From: Solirubrobacteraceae bacterium
Lineage (GTDB): Bacteria > Actinomycetota > Thermoleophilia > Solirubrobacterales > Solirubrobacteraceae
Direction: 5' to 3'
NCBI GenBank assembly: GCA_035567055.1
Contig: DATMQX010000002.1
Coordinates: 425-64,424, forward strand
DNA length: 64,000 nucleotides
In this document: positions 37,564 through 47,912 of the stretch, one piece after another
Position numbering within the stretch: position 1 is the stretch's first letter
Layout: every line of letters begins with the position of its first letter
The notes under the pieces: model-generated
Told to the model about the DNA's origin: nothing
Databases searched by the model: none
Seen by the model: only the letters and a program-made list of their open reading frames with translations
Translations under genes and position numbers: made by a program

Positions 37564-38216
37564 CTGCCTCAGGTTAGCCACCCATCGGCAAAGGCCTGTG
37601 CGATCCCCGCGATCCGCGCCGGAGCCGACCTCGTCCTCTGGCGCGCGAACGCTCGTGCATTTGCCCCGCCCAATCGTGAAGTCGCCCGGCCATCGGCGCA
37701 GTCGCCCCGTCGCGCGATCCTTGCCGTCTGCAGTCCGGCGAGCGTCCTGATGCAGCGCGACTGCACATGCGAGGCGCGACTTTTGGCAGCAAGGAGCCAA
37801 TCTCGTCGGGTGCGGCCGAGGGTGACGGCGCGCCGGGCCGGCGCCAGAGACTGCGCGACGTTCTCTCTCGCGCCGGACCGCTACATTCGCAGTCCCCCTT
37901 TTTCAGCCATTCAGCAGCACCGCAGCCCAGACGAACCGCATGCAGCTCGCCGTCGGCGGGCTCTCCATCGACCACCGGTGTCCTCAGATGGACGGCTGTG
38001 CGTTACCTGCCGAGCGGGATCGCGCCAACTTCGGCAAGGCGCGAGCGCCGGAGATCCTGAAGTCCGAGACCCCTTAAGGGGTTCTCGGAGCGATGCGACG
38101 CGTCCGCCTGGCGCGCGGCTCGCCGCTTGACGGCGTCGCGGGCGGCTCCTACAAGCCGTGCCCCTTCATCGACCGCCGCGATGCCGCGCGGTCCCGACGA
38201 CCGGCAGGAGCCAGAC

Positions 38217-38490
38217 ATGACAGCGAGCCCCACCAAGCCGCCCCACACCCGTCGATCCCCGCGCCGCCACGGCCGAGGGTCATCACATGCAGAGCGGTCT
38301 CGCCCGCGATCGACACACACGCCGCACCGCCAGCAGGAGCGCTCCCGTTGGTTGGCTCGCTACGTGGACGCGAGCGGCCGTCAGCGCGAGGTGATCGTCC
38401 GCTCGGCGTTCGCCGGAAGCAGGCTCGTGGTGGATCGCGACGCCGGCACGCTCGGAGACCGCCGCCTGGTTGCGCACCTCGGCGCCGACG
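38217..38490 (+). pseudogene. 3'-truncated element-associated hypothetical gene
   Basis: AGGAG RBS; 'LARYVDASGRQREV..SRLVVDRDAGTLGDRRLVAHLGAD' stops abruptly and runs into ssb sequence. Confidence 0.5.
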
Positions 38491-38880
38491 CGCGACCCCG
38501 AGCTGCGAGCAATCCCGTCGGGGACGAGCGTCTGCAGCCTGCGCATCGCATGCAACTCCGCGCAGCGCGACGCGACGGGCGAGTTCACCGAGCGTCCGAA
38601 CTACTTCGACGTCACCGTCTTCGGGGCCAGGGGCGAGAGCGTCGCGAACTACATGCGAAAGGGTGGGCGCGTGGCCGTCGACGGAAGGCTGGACTGGCGC
38701 GAGTGGGAAACCGGCGACCAGCAGAAGCGCCAGGCCGTCAGCATCGTCGCCGACACCGTTCAGTTCCTCGATCCCCCGAAGGATCGCTCGGAGACCGACG
38801 ATCAGCTGGACGGCGACGGGAGCGAGGACCGCGAGCCGGTGGGGGTCGGCGCCGCGGACGGGGACGATCTCGTCTTCTAG
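38488..38880 (+). pseudogene. ssb: 5'-truncated full-type ssb
   Basis: 'TRDPELRAIPSGTSVCSLRIACN..YFDVTVFG..A.YMRKG..VAVDGRLDWREW' with acidic tail 'DDLVF'; the first beta strand and native start are missing. Confidence 0.8.
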
Positions 38881-39125
38881 GTCATCCCGTCGTCTGGTCC
38901 GCGTGCGACGGTCGTCGCCCTGGGCCGATCGCGCACGGCGGGGGGCGGTTGCCCGACGCCCCCCGCTGCGTGATCCCGCTGATCTCGTTGTGATTAACGG
39001 TCGGTAGCGGTCGGCCAGCCGCGACGTCGGCAGACCTCGGAGCGCCGCGCCGCGTGCTGCGCGTAAACTGGCGCGCCGCGCAAGCAGCCCGAGGAAATCG
39101 TCCCGCCGCAAGGAGCCAGCCCCGA

Positions 39126-39566
39126 ATGCCAGTCAACACGCAAGCAGTCGGCAAGACGTACGCGCCCGTCGTCTATGCGGTCGGCCGCGAGAAGGTCAGG
39201 GAGTACGCACGGGCCGTCGGCGAGACGAACCCGCTGCACCTCGACGTGCAGGCCGCACGCGACGCAGGTTACGCGGACGTGGTCGCGCCTCCGATGTTCG
39301 CGGTCGTCTACAGCGCCCCCTCGGTCGGGCCGCTGATCTTCGACCCCGAGATCGAACTCAACTTCGCGATGATGGTCCACGGCGGACAGGAGTTCGAGTG
39401 GGGCCCGCTGGTGGTCGCGGGGGATGAGATCGCCACGACCACCACCGTCAAGGACATCTCCGAAAGAGATGGGCGCGGCTACTACGTGTTCGAGTCGATC
39501 TCGGTCAACCAGCGCGGCGAGCAGGTCTGCCGCGGAACATGGACGAACATCGTCCGAGGAGTGTGA
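39126..39566 (+). CDS. MaoC/FAS1-like hotdog dehydratase subunit (HadA-like)
   Basis: 'GREKVREYARAVGETNPLH..APPMF..VHGGQEF'. Confidence 0.85.
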   Translation: MPVNTQAVGKTYAPVVYAVGREKVREYARAVGETNPLHLDVQAARDAGYADVVAPPMFAVVYSAPSVGPLIFDPEIELNFAMMVHGGQEFEWGPLVVAGDEIATTTTVKDISERDGRGYYVFESISVNQRGEQVCRGTWTNIVRGV

Positions 39567-39570
39567 GGCG

Positions 39571-39960
39571 ATGAGCGATCTTCAGGTGGGAACCCAGATC
39601 CCGGAGGTCCGGGTGACGCCCGACAAGTACCTGACGGTGCGCTACGCAGGAGCCTCAGGGGACTTCAATCCGATCCACATCGACGAGGAGTTCGCCCGCG
39701 CGGTGGGCCTGTCGGGGCGGATCCTTCACGGGCTCTGGACCATGGCGCAGGTGGCCCGCGCGCAGACGGAGGCGGCGGGCGGACCCGAGCACCTCAGGCG
39801 TCTGTCGGTCCAGTTCCGCGGCATGGGCGTTCCCGAGCAGGAGCTCGTCGTGAGCGGAACCGTGCGCGAGGCTATCGACGGCGCGGTGGTGATAGAGACG
39901 GTCGCCGAGCAGTCGGGCAATCAGATCATCCGCAACGCCGAAGCCGAAGTCGTTCGCTAG
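39571..39960 (+). CDS. MaoC family dehydratase (HadB-like)
   Basis: Hydratase motif 'YAGASGDFNPIHID..A..GL..ILHG'. Confidence 0.9.
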   Translation: MSDLQVGTQIPEVRVTPDKYLTVRYAGASGDFNPIHIDEEFARAVGLSGRILHGLWTMAQVARAQTEAAGGPEHLRRLSVQFRGMGVPEQELVVSGTVREAIDGAVVIETVAEQSGNQIIRNAEAEVVR

Positions 39961-40005
39961 AAGCACGCCCGTGCCCGCGTCGGCACGCCACCTACAATCA
40001 GGTTC

Positions 40006-41037
40006 ATGCTGACCTCCCGTCAGGAGCGGATCTTGTCCAAGGTGGTGGACGACTACCTGATCACGGGACTGCCCGTGGCGTCTCGCTCGATCGCGTCGGA
40101 CCCCCATCTCGACTGCGGTCCGTCGACCGTTCGCAACGAACTGGCCCTGCTCGAGGAGTACGGGCTGCTCGCGCACCCGCACGTCTCGTCGGGTCGCGTG
40201 CCGACGGACGCCGGGCACCGGTACGTCGTGGATCGCATGCTCAGCTCGGGACAGCGGCTGGCACCGGCGAGGCAGAGGCTCGACCTGCCGCTCGTGAGGC
40301 GCGAGGTCGAGGAGGCGATGCGCGTGGCCACGCAGACGCTCTCGCGGGTGACCAATCTGCTCGCGGTGGTATCGGCCCCATCGCTGAATGCCGCGAGCGT
40401 CAGGCGGGTCGAGGTGCTGGCCCTGCAGCCCCAGGTCGTGCTGGTCGTGATCATCACCTCGACCGGAGGCGTGTCGAAGATGCTCGCGACCTTCGAGCGA
40501 GCGGTGGACCCCGGGCTCGTGACGTGGGCCGAGGAGTATCTCAACGAGCGTCTGGTGGGTCTCGGACTCGGCTCGCGGATGCTCCACCAGCGCCTGCTGG
40601 ATCCGGGCCTGGCCGCAAGCGAGACGGCTTTCCTGGAACGGTTCGTGCCGGCCTTCAACGAACTCTGCTCCTCCGAAGCGGAGGAGGAGCTGTATGTCGA
40701 GGGCACGGCCCACCTGTTCTCGGCCGGCCAGATCCAGGACGCGACCGAGGTCAACGAGCTGATCAACATGCTCGAGCGGCGGGTCGTGCTGCTGCATGTG
40801 CTCCGTGAGGCGCTGGCCCAGTCGGGCGTGTATGTGCGGATCGGCCACGAGAACGAGATCCCCGCGATGCGCTCGCTGGCCGTGGTCGCGACCGGCTACG
40901 GGATGGCGCGCCGCAAGCTGGGGACCGTGTCGGTGATCGGACCCGTGCGAATGGACTACGCGTGCGCGATCGAGACCGTGCGCGACGCCGCCAGCGAGCT
41001 GTCGCGATTCGTCGAAGACGCCTATGCCGAGAACTAG
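40006..41037 (+). CDS. hrcA: Heat-inducible transcription repressor HrcA
   Basis: 'LTSRQERIL..Y..PVASR..STVRNELA.LEE.GLL.HPH.SSGRVPTD.G.R', 'GP.RMDY'. Confidence 0.95.
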   Translation: MLTSRQERILSKVVDDYLITGLPVASRSIASDPHLDCGPSTVRNELALLEEYGLLAHPHVSSGRVPTDAGHRYVVDRMLSSGQRLAPARQRLDLPLVRREVEEAMRVATQTLSRVTNLLAVVSAPSLNAASVRRVEVLALQPQVVLVVIITSTGGVSKMLATFERAVDPGLVTWAEEYLNERLVGLGLGSRMLHQRLLDPGLAASETAFLERFVPAFNELCSSEAEEELYVEGTAHLFSAGQIQDATEVNELINMLERRVVLLHVLREALAQSGVYVRIGHENEIPAMRSLAVVATGYGMARRKLGTVSVIGPVRMDYACAIETVRDAASELSRFVEDAYAEN

Positions 41038-42166
41038 CAAGAGCAGCGTGCCGCGCGATCCCTACGACGTGCTCGGACTGCCGCGCGACGCGAGCGACCA
41101 GCAGATCAAGAAGTCGTTCCGCCAGCTCGCCCGTGAGCTGCACCCCGACGTCAACGCCCACGATCCCGACGCGGAGGAGAAGTTCAAGGAGGCAGCCGAG
41201 GCCTACGAGATCCTCTCGGACGCCGAGCGGCGGGCGACCTACGACCGCTACGGGCACGACGGCCTGCGCTCCGGCGGCTACCAGCCGAACTTCGACGCCT
41301 TCGGTTCGATCAGCGATCTCTTCAACGCGTTCTTCGGCGGCGGCGGCTTCGGCGGCCGGCCCGGCCCCACGCCGGGCGCGGACGTCGCGGTCGTGGCCGA
41401 GATAGACCTCGTGGAAGCGGCCAACGGAGCGAAGGTCGAGGTGACGTTCGACGCGATCGAGCGCTGCGAGCGCTGCCACGGCAACGGAGCCGAGCCCGGC
41501 ACGCCGATCGAGACGTGCGACCGCTGCGGGGGCACGGGCCAGCTACAGGGCGTGACGCGCACGCCATTCGGGCAGATGGTTCGCACGATGACCTGCGACG
41601 TGTGCCACGGCGATGGCCGCGTACCGCGCGAGCCCTGTCACGAATGCCGCGGCAGCGGGCGCGTGGAGCATCAGCGCAAGCTCGAGGTGGAGGTGCCCGC
41701 GGGCATCGCCGACGGTCAGCGGATCCGCCTCGGCGGCCGCGGCCACGCGGGCGACGCCGGTGCGCCGGAGGGTGACCTCTACGTGCTCGTCAGCGTGCGG
41801 GACGACGGGCGCTTCGTGCGCGAAGGCGACCACCTCATCACAGCGCTCGACGTTCCCGCGCCGCTGGCGGCGCTGGGTGGGACGCTCGAGGTCGCCACGC
41901 TCGAGGGGGTGGCGACGGTCGACCTGCCGGCCGGCACACAGCCGGGCGAGGTGATCACGCTGCGAGGCGAGGGCATGCCGTCGCTGTCTCGTGGCCGGCG
42001 CGGGAATCTCCGCGTCATCGTCAATGTCGTCATTCCCCGCCGTCTGAGCCGCGAGCAGCGTGAGCTGCTCGAGCGGTTGAACGGGACGCTGACGAGCGAG
42101 AACCTCAAGACCGAGGAATCGATGTTCGCGAAGCTCCGTCGCGCGTTGGGCAGCCAGGCGGCGTGA
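41024..42166 (+). CDS. dnaJ: Chaperone DnaJ
   Basis: J domain with HPD, four CxxCxGxG repeats, C-terminal domain. Confidence 0.97.
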   Translation: MPRTSKSSVPRDPYDVLGLPRDASDQQIKKSFRQLARELHPDVNAHDPDAEEKFKEAAEAYEILSDAERRATYDRYGHDGLRSGGYQPNFDAFGSISDLFNAFFGGGGFGGRPGPTPGADVAVVAEIDLVEAANGAKVEVTFDAIERCERCHGNGAEPGTPIETCDRCGGTGQLQGVTRTPFGQMVRTMTCDVCHGDGRVPREPCHECRGSGRVEHQRKLEVEVPAGIADGQRIRLGGRGHAGDAGAPEGDLYVLVSVRDDGRFVREGDHLITALDVPAPLAALGGTLEVATLEGVATVDLPAGTQPGEVITLRGEGMPSLSRGRRGNLRVIVNVVIPRRLSREQRELLERLNGTLTSENLKTEESMFAKLRRALGSQAA

Positions 42167-43059
42167 TTCGCCTCGCCGTGCGCGTTCGCCGCGCGCAGGC
42201 AGAGCTCGTGCTGGCCGAGCTGCTCCAGCTCGCACCGGCAGGGGTGGAGGAGGTCGATCTCGGAGCGCAGGGCGTCGAGTACGCCGTCTACGGCTCCCCC
42301 GGCGAGCTACCAGCCCTGCCCGATCTCGAGGCGGCCGTCGGCGGCGCACTGGTCGAGATCTCCACCAGTGAGATCGCGGAGGACTGGCAGGAGCGCTGGA
42401 AGCGCTTTCACCGACCGGCATTGATCGCGGCACCTCGCGTGCGCGCCGCCGGCGCCACCAGCGTTCCAGACCTCCACGTGCGACCGCCCTGGGAGGCGCC
42501 TGCCTCCGACGCCGGCGGCCGCGTGCAGGACATCGTCATCGACCCTGGCCAGGCGTTCGGCACAGGCGCGCACGACACCACCAGGCTGTGCCTGCAGCTG
42601 CTGCTCGAGGTGGCTGCTCTCGAACGCCCGAGCGGGCCTCTGCTCGACGTCGGCACCGGCTCGGGGCTGCTCGCGATCGCGGGCGCGCGTCTTGGCTTTG
42701 CGCCAGTGCTCGGTCTCGACCACGAGCGCGAGAGCGTCGAGGCGGCAAGGGACAACGCGGTGCGCAACGCGGTGACCGTGGAGGTTCGCCGTTACGACCT
42801 GCGCTCGCATCCGCTGCCGTTCCTCGACGCCGCCCGGGATTCGCGACCGCCGGTCGTCGTCGTCGCCAACCTGCTCCGTCCGTTGCTGCACGAGCTCGAG
42901 CGCAAGATGCTCCGCGCGCCGGCCCATCTGCTGGCCGGCGGGCTGTTGAAGGAGGAGGTCGACGAGCTCGCCGCCGCGTTCGCGGGTCGACTCGGAATGC
43001 GCGAACGCGAGCGGCGCGAGAGCGGTGACTGGGCGGCCCTGTGGATGGTGCGCGCCTGA
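42163..43059 (+). CDS. prmA: Ribosomal protein L11 methyltransferase
   Basis: 'IDPGQAFGTGAH.TT', 'LDVGTGSGLL'; lies after dnaJ. Confidence 0.9.
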   Translation: MIRLAVRVRRAQAELVLAELLQLAPAGVEEVDLGAQGVEYAVYGSPGELPALPDLEAAVGGALVEISTSEIAEDWQERWKRFHRPALIAAPRVRAAGATSVPDLHVRPPWEAPASDAGGRVQDIVIDPGQAFGTGAHDTTRLCLQLLLEVAALERPSGPLLDVGTGSGLLAIAGARLGFAPVLGLDHERESVEAARDNAVRNAVTVEVRRYDLRSHPLPFLDAARDSRPPVVVVANLLRPLLHELERKMLRAPAHLLAGGLLKEEVDELAAAFAGRLGMRERERRESGDWAALWMVRA

Positions 43060-43070
43060 GAGCGAGCCGC

Positions 43071-44216
43071 TCAGGCCGAGTCGGGTATCTCAGTCGCCGC
43101 ACGAACGATCGCGCGGTAGATGAGATCGATGGCGGGCCGCAGGCCCTCATCGGATCCAAGCAGCTCATCGGCGGCGGCGAGCGCGGTGCCGATCACCTCC
43201 AGCGCCTCGCCGTCCGAGCCGGGCTGCGGGTCGCGGCAGGCCGCCACCGCCATGCTCAGCATCGCCCGGGCCTGATCGACGACGCCGGTGAACAGGGCGG
43301 GCCCGACGAGGCTCGCGTAGCCGTATACGCGGGCCAGTCGCCCCGAGAGGGTGATCGACGGGCCGCGCCGCGGTGCGCCGACTGGCGGCAGGCCCTGGCC
43401 GTCGAGGAGGCCGGCCATCGTGCCGCCGAGCAGGCCGCCCGTGCTCTGCTCGTCCAGGCCCGCCTGGCGCGCCACCCGCAGAGCCATGTAAAGGGAGGTG
43501 GCCGGCAGGCCGTACGGCGGGTCGGACGCGAAGACGATCCGCTCGATGGGAACGCGGGCGAGCAGCTCGATCACGTCGAGGGGAAAGAAGCACGAGATGT
43601 CGTAGAGCACGCCCGGATGGTCGGCCAGGCGGGTGGTGAGGATCCCCTGGTCGCAGATCGCACCGTGGGCGAGGATCAGAACGGCGCCCGGGTGACGCAG
43701 GGCGAGGTCGACGAGACCCTCGGCGAGCGGCGGCAGGCCCCTACCCGCGTGAATCAGGATCGGCACGCCCGCGGCTTCGGCCAGCTTGAAGACGTCGTCC
43801 ATCTCCTTGCCGTCGAAGTCGAAGTCCTGGGCGCGGGGATGGAGCTTGATGCCGCGCGCGCCGATCCCCAGGCAGCGCTCGGCCTCCGCGAGCGGGTCTT
43901 CGGAGGGGTCGAGCCGACAGAACGGAACGAGCCTGCCGTCGCTTTCAGCGGCCCACGCGAGCACGCGGTCGTTGGGCAGGCTGTATGCGGGCCGGCGCTC
44001 GGGGTCGTGCAGCGGGAACACGCAGGCGCGTCGCGCGCCCGCGTCGTCGAGCTGTGACAGCAGCTGCTCACGCGTGAGCGAGCGCCCGTCCTCGTCCAGG
44101 CCGAGGTGGGTGTGCGCGTCGATCACTTCCACGCCGCTGGGACGCAGGTGCCGCACTTCGGCGAGAAAGGGCGCGAGCGCCTCGGCGTAGAGGGAGTCGT
44201 TCACCGGCTGCACCAT
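43071..44216 (-). CDS. Amidohydrolase family protein
   Basis: 'IDAHTHLG', 'GIKLHP', 'ILIHAG', 'FASDPPY'. Confidence 0.85.
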   Translation of the reverse strand: MVQPVNDSLYAEALAPFLAEVRHLRPSGVEVIDAHTHLGLDEDGRSLTREQLLSQLDDAGARRACVFPLHDPERRPAYSLPNDRVLAWAAESDGRLVPFCRLDPSEDPLAEAERCLGIGARGIKLHPRAQDFDFDGKEMDDVFKLAEAAGVPILIHAGRGLPPLAEGLVDLALRHPGAVLILAHGAICDQGILTTRLADHPGVLYDISCFFPLDVIELLARVPIERIVFASDPPYGLPATSLYMALRVARQAGLDEQSTGGLLGGTMAGLLDGQGLPPVGAPRRGPSITLSGRLARVYGYASLVGPALFTGVVDQARAMLSMAVAACRDPQPGSDGEALEVIGTALAAADELLGSDEGLRPAIDLIYRAIVRAATEIPDSA

Positions 44217-44401
44217 ATTCGTCGTGCCGCTGCGCTCGCAGCTTCGCCGTACCGACCTCGCGGTCGGCGAGGTTACCGGCGCCGACCCCACGGGTGCCGG
44301 GCTGCGCCGCGTGTGCCCGGCAGCCCGACGTCCCTGCTCGAGGACCCCGGTGTGGGCCCACGCGGTTCCGCTATCGGCTGACCGGCGTATCCTGAGGGAA
44401 G

Positions 44402-44833
44402 ATGGTGATCGTCGATGAGATCAAAACCGACCTTCAGGGCGCGATGCGCGCGGGCGAAAAAGAGAGGGTCGGAGCGCTGAGGCTGGTGCTGTCGGAGTTG
44501 CAGAAGGCGGCCAAGGAGGGCACCGACGACGAGCTCGTCGTGCTCAGACGCGAGCGCAAGCGCCGGCTCGAGGCCGCGGGCGCCTATCGCGACGCGGGCC
44601 GCGAGGACCTCGCTGAGGGCGAGCAGGCGGAGGCCGAGCTGATCAGTGGATACCTTCCCGCGGAGCTCTCCGACGAGGAGCTCCGAACGATCGTCGAGCA
44701 GGCCGTACGCGACAGTGGCGCCGAGTCGGCGAAGGACATGGGCATGGCGATGAAGCAGGCGATGGCGGTCGTCGACGGTCGCGCCGACGGCAAGCGCGTG
44801 TCGGGACTCGTGCGGGCTTCATTGCAGTCATGA
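44402..44833 (+). CDS. yqeY: GatB/YqeY domain protein
   Basis: 'R..A..Y..GR.DLA..E..E..YLP..LS..KDMG.AM..DGK.VS'. Confidence 0.9.
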   Translation: MVIVDEIKTDLQGAMRAGEKERVGALRLVLSELQKAAKEGTDDELVVLRRERKRRLEAAGAYRDAGREDLAEGEQAEAELISGYLPAELSDEELRTIVEQAVRDSGAESAKDMGMAMKQAMAVVDGRADGKRVSGLVRASLQS

Positions 44834-45846
44834 GACGCCAGATCGAGCTCTCCAACGACGTCGCCGCCGAGCTGGCGGGCAGCCAGGACGCGGTCTTGCG
44901 CGCGCTCGAGGCGCACCTGGACTGCAAGGTGTTCCTGCGGGGCAATCTGCTGACGTTCGACGGCGAGGAGCACGAGACCAAGGTCGGAGAGCGGGTCGTT
45001 CGCGAGCTCTCGGACCTGATCGCCCGCGGTCATCAGATCGGCCCTGGCACGATCGCCGCGGTGACCGGCGCCCTCGACGCGCACGAGTCGCCGGTACGCG
45101 TGCTGGAGGACGTCGTCTGGCGCCACCGCAGCCTGCGGGTGGCCCCCAAGACCGTCAACCAGAAGCGCTACGTGGACTCTGTGCGAGCGAACACGGTGAC
45201 CTTCGGCGTGGGGCCGGCAGGGACCGGCAAGACGTTCCTCGCGGTGGCGATGGCCGCCGCCGCGCTGTCGCGACACGAGGTCAACCGCATCATCCTCACG
45301 AGGCCGGCGGTCGAGGCGGGCGAGCGGCTCGGATTCCTGCCGGGCGACGTGATGGCCAAGGTCGACCCTTACCTGCGGCCGCTGTTCGACGCGCTGCACG
45401 ACATGCTCGATCCCGAGAAGGTCTCCCAGCACATCGAGCGCGGAGTGATAGAGATCGCTCCGCTCGCATTCATGCGCGGCCGCACGCTCAACGACTCCTT
45501 CGTGATCCTCGACGAGGCCCAGAACACCACGCCCGAGCAGATGAAGATGTTCCTCACGCGCTTGGGCTTCGGCTCGAAGATGGTCGTGACCGGCGACATC
45601 ACACAGGTCGACCTTCCCCGCGAGCAGCAGTCCGGGCTGATCGTGGTCGGCGACGTGCTCGATGCGATCGACGGCATCGACTTCGTGCGCTTCGGCGGCG
45701 AGGACGTCGTCAGGCACAAGCTCGTGCAGCGGATCGTCGAGGCATATGACGTGCACTCCCAGCGGGCGGCGGACGACCGCTCCGACATCGGCGCGCGCGC
45801 CGGCCGCGACGCGATCCGCTCCGCTCCGCACGCCGTCCGCGCCTGA
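44830..45846 (+). CDS. phoH: PhoH-like ATPase
   Basis: '[11 protein letters not shown]', '[15 protein letters not shown]', 'LDEAQN', 'GDITQVDL'. Confidence 0.95.
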   Translation: MRRQIELSNDVAAELAGSQDAVLRALEAHLDCKVFLRGNLLTFDGEEHETKVGERVVRELSDLIARGHQIGPGTIAAVTGALDAHESPVRVLEDVVWRHRSLRVAPKTVNQKRYVDSVRANTVTFGVGPAGTGKTFLAVAMAAAALSRHEVNRIILTRPAVEAGERLGFLPGDVMAKVDPYLRPLFDALHDMLDPEKVSQHIERGVIEIAPLAFMRGRTLNDSFVILDEAQNTTPEQMKMFLTRLGFGSKMVVTGDITQVDLPREQQSGLIVVGDVLDAIDGIDFVRFGGEDVVRHKLVQRIVEAYDVHSQRAADDRSDIGARAGRDAIRSAPHAVRA

Positions 45847-45852
45847 TCGTCG

Positions 45853-46251
45853 ATGCTCGAGGTGGAGGTCTTCGGGACGGCGCTGGCGCCTGGCGCCCCG
45901 CCGCTCGCCGAGGCTCGGCGACTGTGCGCGCTCGCGGCGGCATCGGCGGGGGTCAACGATGGCCACGTCGCGATCGAGTACGTCGACTCAAAGCGCATGG
46001 CGCGGCTCAACGCCGAGCATCGCGGCCACGCCGGGCCGACGGACGTCCTCTCCTTTCCGATCGACGGAGTCGTGCCGGCGCACGGGCTCTCGCACGAGCT
46101 CGGAGACGTGGTGATCTGCGCCGAGCACACCTCCGATCTGCGCGAGGCGTTGGTCCATGGCGTGCTGCATCTCGTGGGCATGGACCACGAGACCGACCAG
46201 GGGCAGATGCTGGCGCTGCAGCGCGAGCTGCTCGCCCGGGGCGCGGATTGA
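45853..46251 (+). CDS. ybeY: rRNA maturation endoribonuclease YbeY
   Basis: 'PTDVLSF', 'HGVLHLVGMDH' zinc motif. Confidence 0.93.
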   Translation: MLEVEVFGTALAPGAPPLAEARRLCALAAASAGVNDGHVAIEYVDSKRMARLNAEHRGHAGPTDVLSFPIDGVVPAHGLSHELGDVVICAEHTSDLREALVHGVLHLVGMDHETDQGQMLALQRELLARGAD

Positions 46252-47129
46252 CGCGTAGCGGCTTCGTTGCCCTGGCCGGCCGCCCCAACGTCGGCAAGTC
46301 GACGTTCGTGAACGCCGTCGTGGGCGAGAAGGTCGCGATCGTCTCCGACCGGCCGCAGACGACGAGACGGGCGATCAGGGGCGTGCATGTGAGGGGCGAC
46401 TGCCAGATGGTGCTCGTGGACCTTCCCGGCGTGCAGCGCCCGCGCGACGCGCTCACCGCGCGTATGGCCCGCCGGGTCCAGCAGGAGCTCGAGGGCTCGG
46501 ACGTGGCCCTGCTGATGCTCAACGGCGAGCAGGGGGTCGGACCGGGGGATCGCTTCATCGCCGGCACGCTCGCCGACGCGAGCCTTCCCGTCACGATCGC
46601 CGTCAACAAGGTCGACCGTCTGTCGAACGCGTCGCTGATGGCCGTCCTGCAGGAGGCGGCCGAGCTCGATCCCCGGGCCGACGTGTTCCCGATCTCGGCA
46701 CGAAGGGGCTCCGGCATGCTCGAGCTCGTCGAGCATCTGTCGGCGCTGATGCCAGAGGGAGCGTTCATGTTCTCCGAGGGCTCCGTCTCGGACCAGCCGC
46801 TCGAGGTGCGTCTTGCAGAGCTCGTGCGCGAGGCCGTGATCAGACGCACCTTCCAGGAGCTGCCACACGCCGTCGAGGTGCTCGTCGAGGAGATCGAACG
46901 GCCACGTGATGATCTCGCGCGCGTAAGGGCGCTCATCTGGGTCGAGAGCGAATCGCAGAAGGCGATCGTGGTCGGCGCCGCGGGACGCATGATCAAGGCG
47001 ATCGGAATTGCCGCACGTCGCGAGGCAGAACGTGAGCTGGGCTGTCACGTGCATCTCGACCTTTCGGTGCGTGTCCGGCGCGACTGGCGCGGCGACGAGG
47101 CCCTGCTCGACCGCCTGGGCATAAGCTAG
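46248..47129 (+). CDS. era: GTPase Era
   Basis: 'GRPNVGKST', 'PQTTR', 'DLPG', 'NKVD', KH domain 'ELPH..QKAIVVG..G'. Confidence 0.95.
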   Translation: MTRSGFVALAGRPNVGKSTFVNAVVGEKVAIVSDRPQTTRRAIRGVHVRGDCQMVLVDLPGVQRPRDALTARMARRVQQELEGSDVALLMLNGEQGVGPGDRFIAGTLADASLPVTIAVNKVDRLSNASLMAVLQEAAELDPRADVFPISARRGSGMLELVEHLSALMPEGAFMFSEGSVSDQPLEVRLAELVREAVIRRTFQELPHAVEVLVEEIERPRDDLARVRALIWVESESQKAIVVGAAGRMIKAIGIAARREAERELGCHVHLDLSVRVRRDWRGDEALLDRLGIS

Positions 47130-47288
47130 GTCGGCCGGCGCGCGCGCAGGCAAGCTCGCGGCGCCTGCGGCGGCCTCGGCACGGGGCCGAATCCCGCCAT
47201 CTGATTTGTTCCGCACAGGGGATGCGCGGGCAATCGTTTTGGAGTACGGTTGCGTCACGACGAGGGGTCCGTCTTAGGAGGATGAGCG

Positions 47289-47912
47289 ATGTCGGCGAAG
47301 TACGCAGTGTTGGGTCTCGTCATCGAGCGTCCCGGCTACGGCTATCAGCTGGCGCAGCGTCTCGAGGAGCGCTTTGGCTGCTCCGAATTCGCACCTTCGG
47401 GTGTGTACTCCGCCCTTGACCAGCTGAGCCGCGACTCGTTCATCCGCAGTGCCGGCGAGATGGGCGCCGGCCCGAGCAGGCGAGCGGCGCCGCGCACGAT
47501 CTACGAGGCGACCGAGGAGGGCGTCGATCATTTCGAAGCCTGGATGCTCGAGGCATCGCCCACGCCGCCCCTGCGGGACGAGCTGCATATGAAGATCGCC
47601 CTGTGCCGTCCGGTCGATCTGCCGCGGCTGATCGACATGGTCCACGGCCAGGAACTCGCCTGCATGGGGCGCCTTCACGACCTCAAGCAGCGAGCCGATG
47701 AGGACCCGGCTGATCCACATGAGTGGTCGAGCCTGATGAGGACCCTCGCACGCGATGCCGAGGTCGCCGTGTGGAATGCCAGGATCGAGTGGCTGCAGAG
47801 CGCGCGGGAGCTGCTCGAGCAGCTGTGCGAAGAACCGGAGGGCGCGTCCTCGACCCGGCGGGGCGCAGCCGCCGCAGGCAGGAGCCGGATGGGACACCTG
47901 CAGGTCCTCTGA
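47289..47912 (+). CDS. PadR family regulator
   Basis: 'AVLGLVIERPGYGYQL..VYSALDQL..YEATEEG'. Confidence 0.85.
   Translation: MSAKYAVLGLVIERPGYGYQLAQRLEERFGCSEFAPSGVYSALDQLSRDSFIRSAGEMGAGPSRRAAPRTIYEATEEGVDHFEAWMLEASPTPPLRDELHMKIALCRPVDLPRLIDMVHGQELACMGRLHDLKQRADEDPADPHEWSSLMRTLARDAEVAVWNARIEWLQSARELLEQLCEEPEGASSTRRGAAAAGRSRMGHLQVL

Larger units (their letters stand above)
9669..38880. mobile_element. Decayed, mosaic conjugative/integrative element (ICE/IME-like remnant) with cargo
   Basis: Two Replic_Relax genes, VirD4/TraD-like ATPases, four ssb copies or remnants, truncated genes and more AT-rich cargo; core genes resume at 39126. No integrase seen, so boundaries are approximate. Confidence 0.55.

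Noticed and set aside
9669-38880. Intact, self-transmissible ICE
   Set aside because: No integrase, excisionase or VirB4/mating-pair genes seen, and several backbone genes are truncated, so it is called a remnant.
38127-38993. 288-aa ORF
   Set aside because: It is chimeric: after ~38490 it reads off-frame through the ssb remnant.
39961-40005. CIRCE operator upstream of hrcA
   Set aside because: No TTAGCACTC-N9-GAGTGCTAA match.
39655-47258. Long antisense ORFs (39655-41040, 44584-45966, 45369-47258) and similar ones elsewhere (23196-24539, 54861-56216, 61383-62681)
   Set aside because: These are shadow frames of clear core genes, expected in high-GC DNA where stop codons are rare.
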